A stretch of DNA of 64,000 bases from Firmicutes bacterium HGW-Firmicutes-12 (GTDB lineage: Bacteria; Bacillota; Peptococcia; DRI-13; PHAD01). A program made the position numbers and the translations under genes. The stretch is from NCBI GenBank assembly GCA_002841595.1, contig PHAD01000001.1, positions 1,415-65,414 of the forward strand, in the 5' to 3' direction. The number at the start of each line of letters is the position of its first letter. The stretch's first letter is position 1. Positions 58,893-64,000 of this stretch are shown here, piece after piece. The notes below the pieces were generated by a model. That model had not been told where the DNA came from. It saw nothing but the letters and a program-made list of their open reading frames with translations, and did not search any database.

Positions 58893-58982
58893 GTATGACC
58901 ACCTCGTTTCACTACCCATATTATATATGAAATCTAACATAATTTGCTTATGTAAGCGTTAAGATTATGTTAATTCTTAGTT

Positions 58983-60350
58983 TTAATTTATAGGTAGTAT
59001 TATAGTAACGATGGTACCTTTTTCCTCTTCAGATTCAATCTGAACCTGACCGCGATGTCGTTCAACAATATGCTTAACAATCGATAATCCTAAGCCTGTG
59101 CCCCCTGCTTTTCTAGATCTTCCTTTATCTACTCGGTAGAAACGTTCAAAAACTCTAGCCAAGCTTTCAGCCGGAATGCCTATCCCTTTGTCTATTACTT
59201 TAATCGACCTGCCTTGCTCGCAAATACTAATTTCTATGTTTACAATTCCACCATCATAGGAGTATTTAATGGCATTTTCTAGAAGATTAATCAGGACCTG
59301 CTCTAACATTCCGGGATTACCAAATACACTGCCAGCTCCCGTATTAACCGTACTTTCAATAGTAATATTCTTTTCCAAAGCCACAGGCTCAAGCAGTTTT
59401 ATAATGTGGTCAAGCATATCTTGTGAACTTATCCATTTCTTAGCTAGCTCAATTCGCCCTGTTTCAAGCTTCGACAAATATAATAGATCACTAATAAGTC
59501 TATTCAAGCGGTCTGTTTCAGTATTGATTATCGTCAAAAACTTTTTAGCCGTTGGCCTATCGTCGATGGCACCATCTAACAAGGTTTCTACATAACCTTT
59601 TACAGAGGTAAGCGGTGTCCGCAATTCATGCGAAACATTTGCCACAAAATCGCTTCTAACCTGCTCTAATATCCTTACTTCAGTTACATTACGCAGAACA
59701 ACTATTACTCCCTGGGATACTTCATCCTTTCCAATAATAGGAGTTATATAAACCCGGTAATACTCTTGATCTGTAGGTGACAGATTAGCCTCAATAACTT
59801 GTCTAGAACCATCAGAAAGGCATTTTTTTAATAAATCAGCCAACTGATGATTGCGCAATATTTCCAAGAAAAAACGTTTTTCAGCTTCTACAAAAGTAAT
59901 TCCTATCATATCTTCTGCAGTTTTATTCATTAAAAGAAGCCGTCCTGTAATATCAAAGGCTAACACCCCTTCTACCATACTGGTAAGGATGGTCTCCATT
60001 TGATCCTTTTCATGTTCAGTTTTCAAAAGACGACTGTTTAGTTTACTTGCCATTAATTTTAGTGATTCGTTGAGATTGTTTAGTTCATCATCTTTATTAA
60101 TAATTACACTTTGGCTAAAGTCCCCCTGAGCAATGGCTTTTACCATCTCATTCAAATCGCGTATAAAAACAGTCTGATTATTATCAATCCACAAATAGAA
60201 CATCATAATACCGACAAATAAAACCAACAAAACAACAGGTAGATTATATACTCCCTGCATAATATCACGTGATATATATAACAAAGTAATTATTGTTAAC
60301 GCCGCACATATTGCGCCGGCTGCCGCTATTTTAAGAGAAAATTTGCTCAT
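58983..60350 (-). CDS. phoR: Phosphate-sensing histidine kinase PhoR
   Basis: TM, HAMP and PAS domains, H-box SHELRTPLTSVKGY and GGTGLGLSIVKH. TAATATG junction with the phoP stop. Confidence 0.85.
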   Translation of the reverse strand: MSKFSLKIAAAGAICAALTIITLLYISRDIMQGVYNLPVVLLVLFVGIMMFYLWIDNNQTVFIRDLNEMVKAIAQGDFSQSVIINKDDELNNLNESLKLMASKLNSRLLKTEHEKDQMETILTSMVEGVLAFDITGRLLLMNKTAEDMIGITFVEAEKRFFLEILRNHQLADLLKKCLSDGSRQVIEANLSPTDQEYYRVYITPIIGKDEVSQGVIVVLRNVTEVRILEQVRSDFVANVSHELRTPLTSVKGYVETLLDGAIDDRPTAKKFLTIINTETDRLNRLISDLLYLSKLETGRIELAKKWISSQDMLDHIIKLLEPVALEKNITIESTVNTGAGSVFGNPGMLEQVLINLLENAIKYSYDGGIVNIEISICEQGRSIKVIDKGIGIPAESLARVFERFYRVDKGRSRKAGGTGLGLSIVKHIVERHRGQVQIESEEEKGTIVTIILPIN

Positions 60351-60351
60351 A

Positions 60352-61050
60352 TTACCCCTTAAACCTATAGCCAATACCTCTGATTGTTTCAATCAAATCC
60401 GATTGGTCTATCTCACTTTCTAATTTTTGTCTTAAATGTCGGATGTGTACGTCTACTGTGCGTGTATCTCCAGCAAATTCATAACCCCAAATATTCTCTA
60501 AAAGAAACTCACGAGTATAAACCTTGCCCGGATTAACCGCTAGTTGCATAAGTAGCTGAAATTCCTTGGGTGTTAGCTCCAAAACCTTATCATCCAATAC
60601 TGCTTCATATCTTTCTGGATATATTTGAAGTTTCCCTCGAATAATTGGTTCATTTTGTTTTTCCATACTTTGGCTATTCCCCTGACTTCTTCGCAAGAGT
60701 GACTTAACTCTTGCTACCAACTCCCTTGGACTAAAGGGTTTTGTTAAATAATCATCTGCCCCTATCTCAAGCCCTACTACACGATCAATTTCCTCAACCC
60801 TTGCAGTAAGCATAATAATGGGCAACATCCGTGTTTTCTCCTGTTGGCGAAGATGACGACAAATATCGAGCCCATCCATTCCTGGTAACATCAAATCTAA
60901 AATCAATAATTCTGGAGGATTATCTAAGATTCTTTCCAATGCTTTTGAACCATCATCGGCACATTCAACTACGTAACCAGATTTCTCAAGATTAAACTTA
61001 ACTAGTTCACGGATGCTTACTTCATCATCCACCACCATGATTTTTACCAT
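60352..61050 (-). CDS. phoP: OmpR-family response regulator PhoP
   Basis: REC (ILDLMLPGMDG) plus a winged-helix Trans_reg_C domain (TVDVHIRHLRQKLE..IETIRGIGYRF). Confidence 0.9.
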   Translation of the reverse strand: MVKIMVVDDEVSIRELVKFNLEKSGYVVECADDGSKALERILDNPPELLILDLMLPGMDGLDICRHLRQQEKTRMLPIIMLTARVEEIDRVVGLEIGADDYLTKPFSPRELVARVKSLLRRSQGNSQSMEKQNEPIIRGKLQIYPERYEAVLDDKVLELTPKEFQLLMQLAVNPGKVYTREFLLENIWGYEFAGDTRTVDVHIRHLRQKLESEIDQSDLIETIRGIGYRFKG

Positions 61051-61065
61051 TACTTGTCACCCCTA

Positions 61066-61887
61066 TCACTTTAACATGATAATTGCAGCCTGTCTGCCTG
61101 CCATTCCTCTTCGATGAGAGAAAAAGTTTTCTTGACAGCAATAAGTACACATACCAGCAACTGTTATATTCTCTTGTGGTACGCCTGTCTGGCAAATTTG
61201 GCGTAAATTAGCCTCCCACAGGTTCAGTTGAGCATAGCCATCTATATCAGAAGTTGTCAATAATTCTTCCCATTCTTTTGGATAAGCTCTTTTCACTTCA
61301 TCTATTACAGGTCTATCTACCTGATAATGACAAGGTCCGATGCTTGGCCCAATTGCTACTAAAATGTCTTTAGGATTAGATCCGTAATTTTCTCCTAACG
61401 CCTGAACAGTTTTTGCCGCTATCTTTGCTACTGTTCCCTTCCATCCGGCATGTGCCAAACCCACAGCTTTCTTTACAGGATCAAGAAAAAAAACAGGCAC
61501 ACAATCAGCGTAAAATAATATTAGTGGAATTTCTCGCTCATTTGTAATTAGAGCATCCGTATCTGCTATAGCTGTTTTCGACGTCAAAGCACCGGCTCCT
61601 CTATCAGAGCCTTTGACAAGATAAATATTATCACCATGTACCTGGCAAGCACCCACTAGGGTATGTGAATCAATACCCAGTGCCTGACATAAGCGTCTTC
61701 TGTTTTCAAGTACATATTCCAGATTATCTGCAGTCAAAACACTAAGGTTAAGACTTTCAAAACTCTTTTTGCTTTTTCCTCCTTTCCTGCTACTAAAAGC
61801 ATTTATTACCAAATCTGTTGTATCAAATGCAGATATTGTATAATAAAGGAGTTCATTTTTTTCGCATGGTAAGAAAGCTCTTTTCAA
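61066..61887 (-). CDS. pgeF: YfiH/YlmD laccase-domain protein (peptidoglycan editing factor / purine nucleoside phosphorylase)
   Basis: QVHGDN, ADCVPV, HAGWKGT and CTYC motifs. Confidence 0.9.
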   Translation of the reverse strand: MKRAFLPCEKNELLYYTISAFDTTDLVINAFSSRKGGKSKKSFESLNLSVLTADNLEYVLENRRRLCQALGIDSHTLVGACQVHGDNIYLVKGSDRGAGALTSKTAIADTDALITNEREIPLILFYADCVPVFFLDPVKKAVGLAHAGWKGTVAKIAAKTVQALGENYGSNPKDILVAIGPSIGPCHYQVDRPVIDEVKRAYPKEWEELLTTSDIDGYAQLNLWEANLRQICQTGVPQENITVAGMCTYCCQENFFSHRRGMAGRQAAIIMLK

Positions 61888-62001
61888 TCTTCTTCCCCCA
61901 TCAATTTTTATTGACTTCTATTTTACCTTCTTTTTAACAAAAAAGCCACTGACTTAAGTGACCAAGAGATAATACCCATATTAAAAATCAAAATAAAAGA
62001 A

Positions 62002-62043
62002 AAGGTGCTTGTGTCTATCTTTCTGCTTTAGACACAGCACCTT
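62002..62043 (-). terminator. Rho-independent terminator after the Cys-rich gene
   Basis: AAGGTGC..GTGTCTA / TAGACAC..GCACCTT stem begins 8 nt after the stop. It is followed on the minus strand by TTCTTTTATTTTGATTTTT. Confidence 0.75.
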
Positions 62044-62050
62044 GTTGATT

Positions 62051-62821
62051 TTACGGCTGAGGAGGAGGACACTGTGCACAACGACCTGGTTCCAAGTCAG
62101 TTTCCTCGCAGAAACTAGGGCATTGAGCAGGTCTTTCAAACGGTACACATTCACCCGGTAATATAGGAAATGGTAGATCAATACATTCCTCTACACAAGT
62201 TGGCAAGCAAATTATCGAACGACCTGATTCTAGAGCAAAGAACTCCTTCTCCACAGTTACTTCAATCGCAAAAGGTGGAAAAGTTGATGGGAAGCCGCTC
62301 GGACGAGGTACAACAACTGCACGAATACAATCTAGATTTATTCTCCTGATACAAAGATCTAAAGCTTCAGGCTGACAAAGCACACATCCACCATCAATTT
62401 CCTCGACCGGGACCGCCAATTCACGTTGGAAACACTGGCTGGCCATGCCGACCTCTAAATTATTACTAATTGGATCAAAGAACTCAAACCAGATACGAAC
62501 CTTGTAGGTAACGGTAAAGAATACACAATCACCTATTCTGCGTGGCCCCATCCCGCCGTGGGGAACTGGTTCATTGCCCACACCACAGATAGCGAAATTA
62601 CTTACGACACAGTTTATCGGACACGCATCAGCTGGAATAGGCCTACCACTTTCTGTTTCAAATAGATAGTGGATATCGTGAAAACACTTCGTGCCAGAAG
62701 CGCACACCTTTTCCATTATTACAGGGGTGCATTTGAATTTTTTCAAAAAGCAACGCCGGGCTAGTGCCTGAATCTCTGGGTCATTCCACATTCTTTTTAC
62801 ATTCAATTTTAATTCTTCCAA
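62051..62821 (-). CDS. Cysteine-rich (21 Cys / 256 aa) protein of unknown function
   Basis: TTG start with GAAGGAGGGAG 3-6 nt upstream. Ends in CPSFCEETDLEPGRCAQCPPPQP. No signal peptide is evident. Has its own terminator. Confidence 0.6.
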   Translation of the reverse strand: MEELKLNVKRMWNDPEIQALARRCFLKKFKCTPVIMEKVCASGTKCFHDIHYLFETESGRPIPADACPINCVVSNFAICGVGNEPVPHGGMGPRRIGDCVFFTVTYKVRIWFEFFDPISNNLEVGMASQCFQRELAVPVEEIDGGCVLCQPEALDLCIRRINLDCIRAVVVPRPSGFPSTFPPFAIEVTVEKEFFALESGRSIICLPTCVEECIDLPFPILPGECVPFERPAQCPSFCEETDLEPGRCAQCPPPQP

Positions 62822-62912
62822 ATTTCTCCCTCCTTCATAATCATATCTACCCTATAATATGAAGATCATGTTATAGAAGAAACTTGGCATATTATATTTG
62901 ACAATAATTTTT

Positions 62913-63758
62913 TTATCCACCAAAATGTTGTGTTAACATCATCCCATACGGTCCGCCTTTTTTAATACCAATTCCAATATTTTTGTAATTTGGGTTAAGA
63001 ATATTCTTTCGATGTCCTGAGCTATTCATTAGCGAATTATGTGCCATTGTTACGGATGGAGCACCGGCTAAATTTTCACCTAGATAACCATAATCCGAGC
63101 CAACCTTTTGTCTAATAATTACACTAAACTGACCCCAAGTAGGCGATGTATGGCTAAAGTAATTATTATCGATCATATCTTGGCTTTTTTCTCTAGCACT
63201 TTCTACTAAACGCATGTCCACTTTTAACGGTGCTACACCAGCTTTTGCTCTTTCTTGATTCACAAGATTAATCATCTCTTGTTCTTCAACTGTTAAACCA
63301 GGAACAGGATCTGGCTGTGGTGTTGGTGCTGGTGCTGGCGTTGGTGTTGGTGTTGGTGTTGGTGTTGGTGTTGGTGTTGGTGTTGGTGTTGGTGTTGGTG
63401 TCCCGATTTTAGCCTGATATTTATCTTTTAAGGCATTATATGTATACAAATCTACTATACCAGTCATATATTGATTAGTGGACCGTTGGAAATAATAGAC
63501 TGCATATGCGGTAACCGTGGTATAATATGTACTTGTATTACCCTTTAAATGCATAAAATTTAGCGCATCAAGCATTGTTTTGATTTCTTTAACTACCGGT
63601 TTGTTATCGCCTAATTTAGCTATTATTGGATTTTCCGTACTATTTGGAGCAGGGATGCGCGAGGGATAAGTTGCTGCTAAAAGTGATGGTGCGAAAACTG
63701 TAAATGAGAAAAATAATAGGAGCAGGATACTCAGGGACACTTTGGTTCTCTTTTTCAT
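62913..63758 (-). CDS. Secreted PG-binding-domain + (TP)n linker + CAP/SCP (YkwD-like) protein
   Basis: Signal peptide KKRTKVSLSILLLLFFSFTVFAPSLLAA, a PG_binding_1-like segment, a TP repeat, and CAP motifs YFSHTSPTWG, GENLA and GHRKNILNPNYKNIGIG. Confidence 0.8.
   Translation of the reverse strand: MKKRTKVSLSILLLLFFSFTVFAPSLLAATYPSRIPAPNSTENPIIAKLGDNKPVVKEIKTMLDALNFMHLKGNTSTYYTTVTAYAVYYFQRSTNQYMTGIVDLYTYNALKDKYQAKIGTPTPTPTPTPTPTPTPTPTPTPAPAPTPQPDPVPGLTVEEQEMINLVNQERAKAGVAPLKVDMRLVESAREKSQDMIDNNYFSHTSPTWGQFSVIIRQKVGSDYGYLGENLAGAPSVTMAHNSLMNSSGHRKNILNPNYKNIGIGIKKGGPYGMMLTQHFGG
63337..63402. repeat. Hexanucleotide tandem repeat (GGTGTT)n encoding the (TP)n linker
   Basis: Nine perfect GGTGTT units (63343-63396), flanked by the variants GGCGTT and GGTGTC. 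Confidence 0.95.
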
Positions 63759-63784
63759 GTTGTCATTCCCCTCTTTTTTTGATT

Positions 63785-63816
63785 ATATGTTATTTCTTAT
63801 CCACAAAATAACATAT
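63785..63816. promoter_or_regulatory. Perfect 11-bp inverted repeat in the 5' region of the CAP gene
   Basis: ATATGTTATTT (63785-63795), 10 nt, AAATAACATAT (63806-63816). Lies 27-58 nt upstream of the start codon. Confidence 0.4.
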
Positions 63817-63933
63817 TTAGAGAATAAAGTCTCGTGGTAATTGTAGGAAGTTGGCGGCACTTCTTTTAGATGTTGTAAGTTGTTGGTTTTGATTGTCCCT
63901 TGAGCTACAAGGACTTGTCACATATTATAATAA

Positions 63934-63966
63934 AACAGAACCTTCATTTGTTATGAAGGTTCTGTT
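63934..63966. terminator. Strong bidirectional hairpin terminator near the right edge
   Basis: AACAGAACCTTCA (63934-63946), 7-nt loop, TGAAGGTTCTGTT (63954-63966). TTTTTATTT follows on the plus strand and an A-run precedes it. Probably ends a minus-strand gene lying beyond 64000. Confidence 0.6.
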
Positions 63967-64000
63967 TTTATTTGGTAATAAGCACAATAATTACCTATTT

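Noticed and set aside
61981-62181. 66-aa minus-strand ORF overlapping the 3' end of the Cys-rich gene.
   Set aside because: It spans the terminator hairpin, sits in an alternative frame of a better-supported ORF, and has no SD.
62822-62912. CATATTATA upstream of the Cys-rich gene resembles the -10 of mother-cell sigma factors (CATA---TA).
   Set aside because: No AC or ATA -35 element lies at the required 16-18 nt spacing; the nearest are 8-10 nt away. A promoter claim is not supportable by eye.

Overview
This is a 64 kb chromosomal window from a low-GC Firmicute (Bacillota, probably Clostridia); that assignment rests on gene content and order, not on a search. Almost every gene is on the minus strand. 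I saw no tRNA, rRNA or CRISPR array.

Two conserved blocks match B. subtilis gene order:
- 1-20.5 kb holds rlmN-rsmB-fmt-def-priA-coaBC-rpoZ-gmk-remA-yicC, the yloB-type Ca-ATPase with divergent rqcH(yloA), and pyrR-rluD-lspA. Extra genes sit inside it: metK, dapL-dapF, DUF116 and a YugP peptidase.
- 48.8-62 kb holds ileS with an Ile T-box leader, then yggU-divIVA-ylmH-ylmG-proC-sepF-ylmE and pgeF(ylmD). A phoP-phoR-pstB-phoU module is inserted between pgeF and ylmE.

About 28 kb (20.5-48.6 kb) separates ileS from lspA, which are near neighbours in B. subtilis. Within it, 22.4-24.1 kb (the conserved ACT/DUF711 pair) and 47.4-48.6 kb (an HI0933-family oxidoreductase) look like ordinary genes; the stretch from about 24.2 to 47.4 kb looks accessory. 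That stretch and the adjacent 20.5-22.3 kb contain:
- three GGDEF+HD-GYP c-di-GMP proteins;
- CPBP proteases;
- an XRE regulator with a membrane partner;
- a membrane-anchored PD-(D/E)xK-like protein;
- an IS remnant next to a perfect AT palindrome;
- at least eight decayed or truncated genes.

The strongest candidate for an undescribed system is a tightly coupled operon at 33.8-39.6 kb. It encodes an orphan CheR-type methyltransferase, a hybrid histidine kinase with an MCP-like N-terminal layout, and a REC-PAS-GGDEF-HD-GYP protein. No MCP, CheA, CheW or CheB is in the window. Its neighbour is a solute-binding-domain GGDEF-HD-GYP paralogue that shares the same PAS module.

Other items worth follow-up are a 21-cysteine, GC-shifted protein at 62.05-62.8 kb, a structured 400-nt intergenic region at 57.0-57.4 kb, and several candidate operator palindromes. 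All calls come from reading the sequence and the ORF translations; no database search was run.
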